The notes: generated by a model not told the origin, from the sequence alone. A DNA stretch of 64,000 nucleotides from Octopus bimaculoides (GCF_001194135.2 NC_068984.1:126719517-126783516), one strand, 5' to 3'; positions 1 to 13,585 are shown, counted from the first letter of the stretch. Translations and numbers: made by a program.

Positions 1-61
1 TCTCTCCCTCTCTATCACTCTCTCTCTCTCTCTCTCTATCTCTCTCGTTGTCGTTGTCATT

Positions 62-98
<37 letters not shown>

Positions 99-1753
99 TG
101 TATGTGTGTGTATGTATGTATGTGTGTATGAATGTTTGTATACATATCTGTATTAATCTGTCTGTTTATCTATCTGTCTGCATGTCTATTTGTTTGTCTC
201 TCTGTCTATCTATCTAGAGAAAGAGAGACAGGGACAGAGGGAGGAAGGGAGGGAGGGAGGAGGGTGCTGGTAGACTATGGTTAAGAAGTTTGTTTTATAA
301 CTGCATGGCTTCAAATTAATCTTACTGTGTGACACTTTGGACAAGTGTCTTCTGCTCTAGCCTCAGGCTCACCAATGCTTTGTGAGAGAAACCCATCATT
401 TAGATATATGTGTCTGCATACATCTGTGTGTGCATGTTTGTCTTTGCATGTCATTACATTGGCACTGCTTGGCCAGTGGCTATATTTGTTTAAATGTAAC
501 TGGAACTCTGGGAAAGAATGCCCTCATCTTTGAAAGCTTATCCAACAAGCTTCAAGAAATATGAGACACTATTAGAGAAAGAGATGCTTAGCAGCATTTT
601 GTTCATCTTTACATTCTGAGTTCAAATTCTGCTGAGGTTGACTTTGTCATCCTTTCGGGGTTAATAAAATAAGTACCAGTTGAGTATGGGGTCAATGTAA
701 TCGACTATCACCCTTCCCCAAAATTCAGGCTTTGTGCCTGTCATAGAAAAAGAAAAAAAAAAAGTAGAGAAGACTGTTAGGAAAAGAAAAGTTTGCTTTG
801 CTAAACATTGCTGAAGAAGTGGGGAGCTGGTTGCTGACATTTTGGTTTGAACACTTCAAATGTTTGTAATTGCATTGATCAATCAAGAGATGACACTGAA
901 TATCACTAAGAGGAAATGGGTGGAGGCTAAGAATCAGATCATACAAATGCAAGCAAGCATGATCCAATGAAGACGGTGACATATATATAAATACACACGC
1001 TCTTCCTCTCTCTCTCTCTCTCTCTCTCTCTNNNNNNNNNNNNNNNNNNNNNNNNNNNNNNNNNNNNNNNNNNNNNNNNNNNNNNNNNNNNNNNNNNNNN
1101 NNNNNNNNNNNNNNNNNNNNNNNNNNNNNNNNNNNNNNNNNNNNNNNNNNNNNNNNNNNNNNNNNNNNNNNNNNNNNNNNNNNNNNNNNNNNNNNNNNNN
1201 NNNNNNNNNNNNNNNNNNNNNNNNNNNNNNNNNNNNNNNNNNNNNNNNNNNNNNNNNNNNNNNNNNNNNNNNNNNNNNNNNNNNNNNNNNNNNNNNNNNN
1301 NNNNNNNNNNNNNNNNNNNNNNNNNNNNNNNNNNNNNNNNNNNNNNNNNNNNNNNNNNNNNNNNNNNNNNNNNNNNNNNNNNNNNNNNNNNNNNNNNNNN
1401 NNNNNNNNNNNNNNNNNNNNNNNNNNNNNNNNNNNNNNNNNNNNNNNNNNNNNNNNNNNNNNNNNNNNNNNNNNNNNNNNNNNNNNNNNNNNNNNNNNNN
1501 NNNNNNNNNNNNNNNNNNNNNNNNNNNNNNNNNNNNNNNNNNNNNNNNNNNNNNNNNNNNNNNNNNNNNNNNNNNNNNNNNNNNNNNNNNNNNNNNNNNN
1601 NNNNNNNNNNNNNNNNNNNNNNNNNNNNNNNNNNNNNNNNNNNNNNNNNNNNNNNNNNNNNNNNNNNNNNNNNNNNNNNNNNNNNNNNNNNNNNNNNNNN
1701 NNNNNNNNNNNNTATATATATATATATATATATATATATGTAGACTGGTTTCA

Positions 1754-1904
1754 GCCAGTATTGGCCCAGGCCATGACTAACTTAATAGCACCACGTGGAG
1801 ATGGCTTTTAATCATGTTTTATGTTAGAGTCATACTTTGAAAGATGATTAAATGTCATCTCCAGGTGGTGCTATTAAATTAGTATGGCCTAGGCCACTAC
1901 TGGC
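1754..1904. repeat. Short hairpin MITE-like element with about 60-bp imperfect arms
   Basis: gccagtattggcccaggccatgactaacttaatagcaccacgtggagat mirrored at 1844-1904. Confidence 0.75.
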
Positions 1905-2385
1905 CAAAACATAAGATAGATGTGTGTATATATGTGTAAATGTACATATATTAATATTACACACTCACACAGAATTTATTACATAAGTCCCTTTACCATT
2001 TTAATACTATGTGTGTATATGTATGTGTTTTCTAAATGCAGTCACTAATATCCTTGTTTTTCTGCCTAATCTTGTTAGTTCTTGAGAGTTCAATTGAGAA
2101 TATTATAACTATAACTTATTACTGGGACAGCTAGAGTATTGATGGCAATTACCTTATTTTTCCATTTAGTTCTATTTCCAGTATTAATCTAATGCATCAG
2201 TAATATTTCTTCGTCTTTTCATTCATTTGTATGTAAGTTGTGCAATGTCTTGCTCATTGATTCTCAACTATTATGTATGTCTGCTTTTGACCTACTTTTT
2301 CTTATCTTAGTTTCTTTATCTAGCATGATATTAGTATCTTTAATTAATTTTCCTCTCTTCAAAGTTGCTTTGGCACAGTCTTCTA

Positions 2386-2445
<60 letters not shown>

Positions 2446-2895
2446 CATTATTATTATTTATTATTAAGGCAGCGAGCTGGCAGAATCGTTAGCATGCTGG
2501 TTGAAATACTTAGTGGTATTTCACTTGTCGCTACGTTCTGAGTTCAAATTCTGATGAGGTTGATCGACTTTTCTGATGAGGGTTTTACTAGCCTCTGCTC
2601 TATGAACTACAACAATCCAGTTTTGTGTGGTTGAATATGCTGTATGAACCACACATGCATGGATAGACAGGTATATTGTATAATGCTTCAGCCTTACACA
2701 TTGTAATCAACAGCCTTTCCTTCCATATGTAGCTTGTTCATTATTTTGCATAATACTCCAAGTCTCTGTGCATCTATTGTTATTTACTGTGAGCATGTTG
2801 TAACCTTAACAATAAGTAACTATATTTTTGAGCTGTATTAATTTATCGCACAAAATATACCTGTTAGAAAAATTTTATATACGCACACACGCACG

Positions 2896-2934
<39 letters not shown>

Positions 2935-2962
2935 AGTGGCATCGAATGGCTGAGAAGTTTAA

Positions 2963-3619
2963 CACCTTAGCATTCAGATTATGCTGTCAAGTATAATACT
3001 TTACTATTTACATTGTTTTGGATTAATCATGCACTTCTAGATTTTGACATAGGTGCAGGTATGGCTGTCTGGTAAGAAACTTGCTTCCCAACCACATGGT
3101 TCCGGGTTCAGTTGCTTGGGCAAGTGTCTTCTTTTATAGCCTTGGGCCAACCAAAGCCTTGGAAGTGGATTTGGTACATGGAAACTGAAAGAAACCCATC
3201 ATATATAGTATATATCTATGTGTGTGTGTTTTCGTGTCTGTGTTTGTCCCCCACCACCACTATCACTACCACCACCACCACCACCAGTTGACAACCAGTG
3301 TTGGTGTGTTTGCGTCCCCATGACTTAGCAGTTCAGTTAAAAAGACCAATAGAATAAGTACCGGGCTTAAAATGTAAGTTGTGGGGCCCGATTCATTTGA
3401 CTGAAAAATCAAGGCGGTGCCCCAGTATGGCTGCAATCTTGATAATGACTGAAACAAGTAAAAGATAAAAGATATCTCATTGCTTCTAGATTTTGACAAA
3501 GTGATTTTTTATTTTTAGAATAACATTTTAGGTAGGTGTGAGAAGCCAGATCTGGCCAGTTTGAACATAAAACAGGCAGAATATTTGGGCCAGACACGGC
3601 TGGTTTAAATGCCTAACGG
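2963..3619. mobile_element. piggyBac-type MITE interrupted by a SINE
   Basis: TTAA on both flanks, CACCTTAGCATT and AATGCCTAACGG termini, same family as 42401-42752. A SINE at about 3052-3473 is bounded by a 16-nt direct repeat (3034-3049, 3483-3498). Confidence 0.65.
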
Positions 3620-4099
3620 TTAATGTCAGAAAAAGAGAATTAAAATTACTACCACAGTGTTGTTAATGAAAACTCACTTGATTGAATTTTTAATTGTAAT
3701 TTTCTTTCTTTATTAGATTCTTTCTTTATTAGATTATCAAAGGAATAGGGCTGTGAGTTAGTGAGACTGATGTATTGGCATCAGAAAGAAAAAAATAAGA
3801 GAACACGGGCTGGGAGAAAATTTCAGAGATATTCAGTTCTGGAGAGGAAGATGGATAGGGTAAAAGAATTGTTTGTTTTGGGGATTTGGGAAAGACTATT
3901 TACTCATTACTCTTTTACTTGTTTCAGTCATTTGACTGTGGAGCACTGCCTTTAGTCAAACAAATCGACGCCAGGACTTATTCTTTGTAAGCCTAGTACT
4001 TATTCTATTGGTCTCTTTTTGCCGAACCACTAAGTTACAGGGACGTAAACACACCAGCATTGGTTGTCAAGTGATGTTGGGGGACAAACACAGACACAA

Positions 4100-4158
<59 letters not shown>

Positions 4159-4671
4159 CACATATATACAACAAGCTTCTTTCAGTTTCCATCTACCAAA
4201 TCCACTCACAAGGCTTTGGTCGGCCCGAGGCTATAGTAGAAGACACTTGCCCAAGGTGACACGCAGTGGGACTGAACCCAGAACCTTGTGGTTGGTAAGC
4301 AAGCTACTTACCACACAGCCACTCCTGCATCCCCATAACTTAGCAGTTCAGCTAAAGAGACCAAAAGAATAAGTAGGAGGCTTAAAAAGTAAGTCCTGAG
4401 GCCAATTCATTCCAATGTAAATAAAAATAAAAAAGAGACAAAAAAAAAGAACACCCCAGCCTCATGGTTTCAGGTTCCACCCTACAGTGTGGTACCTTGG
4501 GCAAAGTTCTGTACTCCTGGGCTGACCAAAGCCTCATGAGTGGATTTGAAAGAAGCCTGTTACACACACACACACACACACACATATATAGGCAGGCAGG
4601 CAGACAGGAATTGAGAGATGTGTGTGTGTGTGTCTGTATGACATGAAATACAGACCAAGGAGTTCCAGTTG

Positions 4672-4706
<35 letters not shown>

Positions 4707-5719
4707 GTTATTCTCTCCTTGTCTTTACTTTGTGTAGTAGTTGTAAACAAGTGTCACTGTTCATGCAAGCAGTGCCCTTCATTTCCAATCTTGCATGAAA
4801 ACATGTCTGGTCATGGGGAATAGATGAGGGTTGGCAACAGAAAAGTTATCTGGCCATGAAAAAAATCCACTTCAACAAATTCTGCCAGACCTATGAGAGC
4901 ATGGAAAAGTGAATGCTAAAACAATGGTGATGATGATGAGGATGATGATGATAAAGATGGTGTTGAGGGTGTCAGAGTGGATGGGGATATAACTAGCTCA
5001 CTCAGAGAAACAGAGACTGTTGTAATAGTAACGAAAAATGACAGCAAGAAGAAGCAGCATATCTATGAGCCAGTGACTACAGTGTGTTGGTGGTTGATTC
5101 ATCTAAAAAACAATATTTTGGAGATGAGGTGTCTTGAATGTGAGTGCAATATATGGGTAGTACTCTAGTATAGCTTAAACTTAACAGAAAATCAATTTAC
5201 GATGCCTGAAGCATTTCCTGGATCTAATAAGAATCCTTAGTCTTTACAATATGATTTTCGCAGTGTATGAAAAGCCACTATGAGAGATCATATGAAGCTA
5301 TGAAACTTAGCATTTGTAGTAACTTGTGGAGTTTTAGCTGCATGCTATTCTTAACTAGAAAAGGTGGTGTACGAATATCTTATTTCCTTGATGTGTATAG
5401 TGATAAAGTTTTTGTGCTATTGAATGAGACTGCAACCATGTCTGCATTGGAGAATGTTTCAAAGTCTTGTGACATTTACATAAGAATATATATTGTTACA
5501 AGTGATTAAGGTATGTTGAAGTGATTAAAGTGTATTTCAGTAATAGGGATGTGGTCTAATGAAGGAGGCAAGGATTTTATGGATCGAAACATGTTTTAGC
5601 GATTAAGGTGTGTGTCTGAGTGGTTGAGATGTGTAGTGTGCGTTTCTGTTATTGAGGTGATGGGATGTGTGTTGTAATAATTGAGATGCATGTTTTACTC
5701 ATGAATTGTTTGTTTTGAT

Positions 5720-6380
5720 GACTGAAATGCATGTTTTAACGATTGAAGTGTGAGTTTTAATGAGTGAAGTGTCAGTTTTAGTGAGTGGAGTGTAAGTTTA
5801 GAGTGAAGTGTGAATTTTAGTAACTGAAGTGTGTAAATGAAATGTAAGTTTTAGTGAGTAAAGTGTGAATGTTAGTGAGTGATGTGTGAGTTTTAGCCTA
5901 TGAAGTATGAGTTTTAATGAGTGAAATGTATGTTTTAGTGAGTGAAGTTTGAGTTTTTGTGAGTGATGTGTGTGTTCTGGTGACTGAAATGCATGTTTTA
6001 GTGACTGAAGTGTGTGTTTTAGTGAATGAAATGTAAGTGAAGTTTGAATTTTAGTGAGTGAAGTGTGTTTTAAGCATTGAAGCATGTGTTTTAGTAATTG
6101 AAGTGTATTCTAACGTTGAATTGTGTGTGTTTTAGGCATTGAAGTGTGTGCATTAGGCATTGAATTGTGATTTAATGTTGAATTGTGTGTGGTTTAATGA
6201 CTAAAGGGTATTTTTTTTAAATGGTTGATGTGGGTTTTTTTTTTATTGATTGAAGTGTGTATTTTAGTGACTGAGGTGTGTGATTAAATTATTGAGGTGT
6301 GTGTTTTAATTATTGAGGTATATGTTTTAATGAGACAGGGGTGTATATTTTAATAATTGAAGTGTCTGTCTAAAGGATTG
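5720..6380. repeat. Degenerate minisatellite, about 21-bp unit (gtgagtgaagtgtgagtttta)
   Basis: Recurrent tgaagtgtg..tttta at about 21-nt spacing. Confidence 0.8.
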
Positions 6381-6899
6381 AACACATATATGTGTGTCTT
6401 TTTATTATGATTGAACACTTGTATGTGCATGTTTTAATGATCTGACACCATTTTTGAAAACATCTAAAATGAATTTCTGTGAAATGTGTTTCTAATGTCC
6501 ACTTAATTTACATTTTAAAAATTGTATTTTATTGATTTTCTTCAGTGGTATGGAAACTGTTAAATAATCCCTCCATACAAGCACACATTTTAGACACACA
6601 CATATATATACACATATAAACACACACATATATATACACATATAAACACACATATACACACATATTAAACACACATATGCACAAACACAATCTATGCACA
6701 CATTTCTGCTAAAGGGCTATTTATTGTGTGTATAACTTCATATTAATTAAAATTCCTGTATTATGTAAGTATGTATACTTGTATATGTGCATGTGAGTGT
6801 GTGCGTCTAGGTGTGTCTCTATACGTATGCACATGCAGTATGTATTGATGTATGTTTGCATATATAAATGTATACACATGTGTGTGTGTGTATAAGTAT

Positions 6900-6939
<40 letters not shown>

Positions 6940-8299
6940 CTTCATTAAGGCATTGGATATAATGGTTTTATATTGTTATTGCGATCTGTACTCTGAGTTC
7001 AATTCCAGCCAAGGTCAAATTTTCCTTTCCTCTTTCAAAGATTGATAATTAAAGCACCAGGCAGCGCTGAAGGCTGGAAGAATTTTTGGAGAAACAGATT
7101 TGAAGGTAACTTGAAGAACATAATAGAAATGGGAAACAAAGTTGGGATGTAATTAAATTCTCAATTAACGTATGTGTGTATGGTATGTATGCATGTATAT
7201 ATGTATGTATGCACAAGCATGGTTGTGTAGTTGAAAAGTTTGGTACTATTGTCCTGGATTAACGAAAATGTTTTGAATGAATCTGTTTGATGAAAACCAA
7301 AATAAGACCATTGTGTATGTGTGTGTGAATAGTTGCATGCACATATCTGTCTGTGTATTTGTTTACATCTTACTCACTTCTGCAAAAGTTTTGTTATATA
7401 TGGGCAGTGTTGCTGATGCCAGTTTTCCTGCCCTCAAATAATCCCTTCCTTTTGTGCCTTTGAAAATGTGCAGGATAAAAATTTCCTTATTTGAAAAACA
7501 GGTAAGGGTTAGTGGAAGGGAAGGCATCCAGCTGTAAAACAATGCCTCAAAAATATGTCTTAATAATATATTCATCTATCTGTCTGTCTCTCTGTTTCTC
7601 TGTCTCTCTGTTTCTCTGTCTGTCTATCTTTCCTTCCTTCTTTCTATATTGAATGATACAGTTATAAAACTTGCATACAGGACTTCAAGTTTCTGTGTCA
7701 ATGATACAATGATCACTGCTCTTCTTCAGCTTATGCAAGTCTATTACAAACACAAAAAAATACCTTTATAGTTCTCTGTTTCTGACGATATTGCGGTCTA
7801 CATCTTTTGTCATCACACGTGATTTGTTGATACATACATAAGTGTGTGTATGCGTGTGTATTAATGCTTGTTCTTATGTGAAGTTATATTTAAAAGCAAT
7901 TGACAATAAACTGAAGGACCACTCGATATTTTTTAGCCATATACATATTATAATTTTTTATAATGCAAAGGTGAAACTCTGCCAAATCAGATTGGAGCCT
8001 GGTGTAGCCATCTGGTTCACCAGTCCTCAGTCAAATCGTCCAACCCATGCTAGCATGGAAAGCGGACATTAAACGATGATGATGATGATGATGATGATGA
8101 TGTTGACAGTAACTTTGAAATTTCAGCTCACCACCCATCATCAGAAAGCACAATGATGGGTGGTAAGCCAAATCACAGTCAACTTTTTCCTACACTATAT
8201 CATTTCTTTAACTCCATGTTGGTCTTCTCTACAAAATTACCAATGTTTTTTTTCTTTCCTTCTTTTCTTATCATGTTTTTTTTTCTTACTCTATTCCAG

Positions 8300-8402
8300 A
8301 ACGTTGGGTTACAAAGAAAAATTGATTGAAATTCCCAAAGGTCATTGTTGGATGGAAGGAGACAATTATCGTAAAAGTATGGACAGTAACTACTTTGGAC
8401 CA
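8300..8402 (+). CDS. IMMP2L: Mitochondrial inner membrane protease subunit 2, penultimate coding exon
   Basis: Bounded by ttccag and gtaagt, 103 nt. Encodes (R)TLGYKEKLIEIPKGHCWMEGDNYRKSMDSNYFGP, the S26 peptidase GHxWxEGD...DSNxFGP segment. DSNxFGP plus the downstream WPPxRW favour IMP2 over IMP1. Upstream catalytic Ser/Lys exons were not found in the window. Confidence 0.92.
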
Positions 8403-9679
8403 GTAAGTGACACAACCCCCACAATCTAACAATTTCACTCTCAAGTTCATGTATGCTTAGAATTTAGAAATAACATTGCAAAAAAATTCCTTCAGATTAT
8501 TTTCTGTAATTAGGGATGCCAGATAGCCATAACCATATGATCAAAAATTTGCTTCACAGTTCCATAATCCTGGGTTAGATTGCAAGTGTCTTCTACCATA
8601 TTTGACTTGTGGCGAAATTTCCATTCTGCAAAATGGAAATTGTGCAGAAGCCTGCCAGATGAACTGTTCCTGTTCTTATGAAGCAAACTTATTCTGTTGC
8701 CCAGTTGAACACCAATAACTGACTCTCAATTGTCTTTATGGGACTCCATTCCGTTGTGAGCATTTGGTGAAGATCTCTACTCTGAGTATAACAAAGTATC
8801 TTTAAGTACTCCTTCCTTCTATAACAGTAACCTATAAGAGATATTTCCTTCCCTTCTTTTCTCCTCACTAGTGTAAGTGGCACAGGAAAAGACAAGAATT
8901 AAGGACACTTAATTCTTGTCCTGTGGAGGCACATGGTCTACATGGTTAGAGCAGCAGACTTGTGGTTGAGAGTTTGCAGGTCTGAATTTCAGACTGGGTG
9001 ATGTGTGTTTATGAATGAAACACCTAAACTCCATGCGACTCTGGCAGATGGTAATGGCAAACTTCTGACACTTTCGCGACAACTTACTCTCACTCTTTCC
9101 TCTTGCATCTAGCAGCTCACATACAATGAACCAGCATCCCATCAGATGGAAAACCTATACGCAAATGAAACCAGGAAACTGGCGCTTATGAGCCAGGCAT
9201 GGCTTGAGAAGGAACAAACAACAATTCTTGTGCAGCTGTCTCTCAAGTTCAAGAAAGATGGTTTTGCAATTCCTTGCTGAACAACCTGCATTGATTTGTT
9301 TATAGTGATCAAATGAGCATGCTGTACACATGATCATGATGGGTTAAGGCTGCATCCCCTTGTGAAAAGGTTTGGCCTATGAGAATTTTGTACTGGTGCC
9401 ACATAAAAGCATTCATGCTGGTTCCACATAAAAGTACTTGTGCCAGTGGCACATTAAAAGCATTGATGCTGGTGCCACATAAAAGTGCTTGTGCCATTGG
9501 CACATTAAAAGCAAACATTGTGAAGAGTTTGATCTGATGTTAGGAAGGGCACCCAGTTGTGGAAGCCATACCAAGTTAGACTGGAATCTTATGCAGCTTC
9601 CCAGCTTCCCAGCTTTAGTCAAACCTTTCAACCCATGCCAGAATGGAAAATGGATGTTAAAGGTGATAATGATAATAAT

Positions 9680-10516
9680 GATGATTCATCTTTACATTCT
9701 GAGTTCAAATTTCACCAAGATCAACTTTGCTTTTCATCCTTTCAGGGTCAATAAATTAAATACCAGTGAAATTCTGGGGTCGATGTACCAGTTGAGTACT
9801 GGGGTTGATGTAATCAACTTATCCCCTTCCTCAAAGCTATCATCATTATCGTTTTTATTATTATTATTATTTCTAAGGTAAAGTTGGCAAGCTGGGAGAA
9901 TTGTTAGCACGCTTGGTGAAATGCTTAGCGGCATTTCATCTGTCTTCGTGTTCTGAGTTCAAATGTCACCTGGGTCAACTTCACCTTTCATACTTTCAGG
10001 GTCAATAAATTAAGTACCAGTGAAATTCTGGGGTCGATGTAATTGACTAGTCCCCTCCCCCAAAACTTCAGGTCTTGTGCCTATAAAAGAAAGGATTATT
10101 TCTAAGGTAGCAAGCTAGCAGAATTACTACCATGTCAGGCAAAATGCTTAGCAGCATTTCTGACTCTTTATGTTCTGAGTTCAAATCCTACTGGAGTCAA
10201 CTTTACCTTTTACCCTTTCTGGGTCCATAAAATGAATTACCAGTCTAGAAGATGAGGAAGGCAATGTAATCAACCACCCTCTTCCCAATTTGAAACAATT
10301 ATTATTATTATTATTATTATTATTATTTCTGATATATAGGTACAAGGCCTAAAATTTGAGGGAGTTAATCAATATCCTAGTACTTGACTAGTTCTTTATT
10401 TTATTGATCCAAACAGATAAAAGGCAAAGTTGACCTCCATGGAATTTGAACTCAGAATGTAGAGAATCAGAAAAATACTATAAAGCAGTTTGCTACCCTG
10501 CCAGTTAATAATAATA

Positions 10517-10550
<34 letters not shown>

Positions 10551-12052
10551 GAGTTAGATCACTACTAAAAACAGAGCTCAATGCTAAAAACAAGATAATG
10601 GGTATCAACACTTTAGCTGTCCCAGTTATAAGCTACAGCTACAACATCCTTAACTGGACACTAAACGAACTATGTAAAATAGACAGGAAAACAAGAAAAA
10701 TAATGACAGGATATAGGATGCACCACCCAAAATCTGACATAGAAAGGCTATATATACAACGCACAGAAGGTGGCAGGGGTCTTATACAGCTAGAAAACTA
10801 TTATAAAATAACCACCATAGGACTGNNNNNNNNNNNNNNNNNNNNNNNNNNNNNNNNNNNNNNNNNNNNNNNNNNNNNNNNNNNNNNNNNNNNNNNNNNN
10901 NNNNNNNNNNNNNNNNNNNNNNNNNNNNNNNNNNNNNNNNNNNNNNNNNNNNNNNNNNNNNNNNNNNNNNNNNNNNNNNNNNNNNNNNNNNNNNNNNNNN
11001 NNNNNNNNNNNNNNNNNNNNNNNNNNNNNNNNNNNNNNNNNNNNNNNNNNNNNNNNNNNNNNNNNNNNNNNNNNNNNNNNNNNNNNNNNNNNNNNNNNNN
11101 NNNNNNNNNNNNNNNNNNNNNNNNNNNNNNNNNNNNNNNNNNNNNNNNNNNNNNNNNNNNNNNNNNNNNNNNNNNNNNNNNNNNNNNNNNNNNNNNNNNN
11201 NNNNNNNNNNNNNNNNNNNNNNNNNNNNNNNNNNNNNNNNNNNNNNNNNNNNNNNNNNNNNNNNNNNNNNNNNNNNNNNNNNNNNNNNNNNNNNNNNNNN
11301 NNNNNNNNNNNNNNNNNNNNNNNNNNNNNNNNNNNNNNNNNNNNNNNNNNNNNNNNNNNNNNNNNNNNNNNNNNNNNNNNNNNNNNNNNNNNNNNNNNNN
11401 NNNNNNNNNNNNNNNNNNNNNNNNNNNNNNNNNNNNNNNNNNNNNNNNNNNNNNNNNNNNNNNNNNNNNNNNNNNNNNNNNNNNNNNNNNNNNNNNGGAA
11501 AAACTTTCAAAATACAAAGACCTGGAAATAGAGATAACTCGAATGTGGAATCTAAAAACAGAAACAATTCCTATCATAGTAGGTGCCTTAGGTATAATAA
11601 AAAAATATTCAGACAAATACATAACAAAAACACCAGGACTTACAAATATATATAACATACAGAAAATTGCACTACTGGGTACTGCACACATTCTACGCAA
11701 AACACTTTCAATACAGTAAACATAAGAGCACCACAGCAAACCACAGCACATACCCAAGGCGCACAGAGCTGCGCTCGGTAGTGAAGTGAAAGTACGTTAT
11801 AAAAATAAAACTACTGAATAATAATAATAATAATAACGGTTTCAAATTTTGCCACAAGGGCATCAATTTTGGGGGAGGGTATGAGTCAATTACATCAACC
11901 CCAATGTTCAACTGGTACTTATTTTAGCAACCCCAAAAGGATGAAAGGCAAAATCGACCTCGGTGGAATTTGAACTCAGAGCATAGCAACTGGCAAAACA
12001 CTGCTAAGCATTTCATCCAGCATGCTAACAATTCTGCCAGATCGCTGCCTTA

Positions 12053-12083
<31 letters not shown>

Positions 12084-12300
12084 CCATTCTACTATAGGCA
12101 CAAGGCCTGAAATTCTGGTGGGAGGGGATAAGTATATTACATTGACCCCAGTACTCAACTGGTACTTAATTTTTTGACCCTGAAAGGATGAAAGACAAAG
12201 CTGACCTCGGCAGAATTTGAACTCGGAACATAGCGACGGGCGAAATACCGCTATGCATTTTGCCTGGCATGCTAACAGTTTTGTCAGCTTGCTGCCTTAA

Positions 12301-12350
<50 letters not shown>

Positions 12351-12465
12351 TAGTAATAATGATAATGATTTCAAATTTTGTCACAAGAATTTAAATTGAG
12401 AGTGTGAAGATGAAATGCCACTAAGAATTTTGCTTGGCATGCTTAAGAATTCTGCCAGCTCACTT
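9680..12465. mobile_element. Cluster of about 7 copies of a tRNA-derived, (TTA)n-flanked SINE (family A)
   Basis: Repeated tggcagaat..gttagc (A-box-like), ctgagttcaaatt (B-box-like) and tttcatcctttcggggtc..aagtaccag. + copies at about 9680, 9885 and 10105, - copies at about 10335, 11837, 12082 and 12370. Other copies at about 583, 2467, 6950, 23040, 40570, 49420 and 63560. Confidence 0.85.
10551..11816 (+). mobile_element. 5'-truncated Dong/R4-clade non-LTR retrotransposon (restriction-like endonuclease type)
   Basis: ORF with HPKSDIERLYIQRTEGGRGL and C-terminal EKLSKYKDL...IQKIALLGTAHILRK*, about 100 nt 3'UTR, (TAA)n on both flanks. The middle is an N gap. Confidence 0.85.
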
Positions 12466-13197
12466 GCTGTCTCTATTACCAGCAATTAAGATATCAAGTT
12501 AATTTTGTTGTCTTTTAGTGTGGATTAAGTGCATTTTTATTGTGCCTCAAGGACTTGAGAGATTTTTCTATTCAGATTTAAAAGCACTTAAAAGTCTCCT
12601 CCACCCTGTATAGAGTTACTGCCCTCCTTCACAGATATCCTGCATCTTTGGGACTTCTAGAGAGTATGCATAGATTCTAATGTTACCTCATAATTCTTTC
12701 CAATACTCATAGAGATGGAAGACTTAGTCCATTCCTCTGACTTAACACTAGTGCCTAATATTTGAGTTCTTTACATGCATTCGATTCTGTTGCAAACAAT
12801 CTAAACAAGTCTTTAGTCTGATCACAACTTACAAATGTGATGTACTATTTCCTATTGCAGTAACTCATATTTTGTTCACTTTTCCACCCGTTTCTCCCAC
12901 CCCAACTAGTTTTAGTGACCTTTTTATTCCTCCCATGATTAAACTGTAGAACTATAAAGAATGAAAACCACAACATTACATATCACTCCTTTATATTATA
13001 TTATCCAAAATTTGCTGTCTCTACTCTGTTCTGGATACAATTACGTAAATGAAACCATTATTTACGGAAGTTGATAAAATGCAGCATCCAGAACTTAGTT
13101 CAAAGGCCATAACATTTATATTGGTCATGCCTCTTGGAGAGGCATGATTATCACAACCCAAATGTTTTATATAAATTTTAATATATTATATTTTCAG

Positions 13198-13329
13198 GTT
13201 CCCAAAGGACTAATCACTGCCAAAGTATCTCACATTATATGGCCCCCTTATCGTTGGCAATCAATGGAAGTCATTCACACCAACCACAGACGGGTTCGAC
13301 CACGCAGGAAATCATTACCATCATCATAG
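13198..13329 (+). CDS. IMMP2L: Mitochondrial inner membrane protease subunit 2, last coding exon
   Basis: ttttcag acceptor, phase 0 matching the 8402 donor. Encodes VPKGLITAKVSHIIWPPYRWQSMEVIHTNHRRVRPRRKSLPSS* with the IMP2-type HIxWPPxRW motif. Confidence 0.92.
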   Translation, partial: VPKGLITAKVSHIIWPPYRWQSMEVIHTNHRRVRPRRKSLPSS

Positions 13330-13585
13330 CATCTCACATCTGTATAAGTTTGATGGTTTATCAGTAGAAGATATGTGAATGACCTGAGGTAACATTGTAG
13401 TAACCTGTTCATGTTGGTATCATTGAACAACATGTAAAATATGTTGTAGTGTTTTTACATCTTTTGGGAAGTAATTCTCTGTCTCTATCCAATACAGAGA
13501 ATATCACCACTTCTGCTCATGATGCTGTTTCATAACTACATGAAATCACACTCTAAAATATCAACAATTACCCAAACTTATAGTA

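Noticed and set aside
2551-2600. Two CTGATGA motifs resembling hammerhead cores
   Set aside because: No GAAA follows a stem II and there is no stem I or III. They are mutated SINE-internal sequence.
4008-4750. ORFs rich in [12 protein letters not shown], poly-I or poly-L here and throughout the window
   Set aside because: These are translations of microsatellites and SINE bodies, with no splice or domain support.
5798-6085. 95-aa heptad-repeat ORF
   Set aside because: A by-product of the 21-bp minisatellite with no splice context.
1-8299. Search for upstream IMMP2L exons (catalytic Ser and the IKR motif)
   Set aside because: No matching exon found. They probably lie outside the window or in a gap.
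9380-9510. Regularly spaced gtgccacataaaag repeats resembling a CRISPR array
   Set aside because: Eukaryotic context, the spacers are not unique, and the units are internal subrepeats of family D.
9680-12465. Idea that SINE family A is mobilised by the Dong/R4 element
   Set aside because: The SINE sense strand is flanked by (TTA)n while the LINE sense strand is flanked by (TAA)n, the opposite polarity, and no shared 3' tail is visible.
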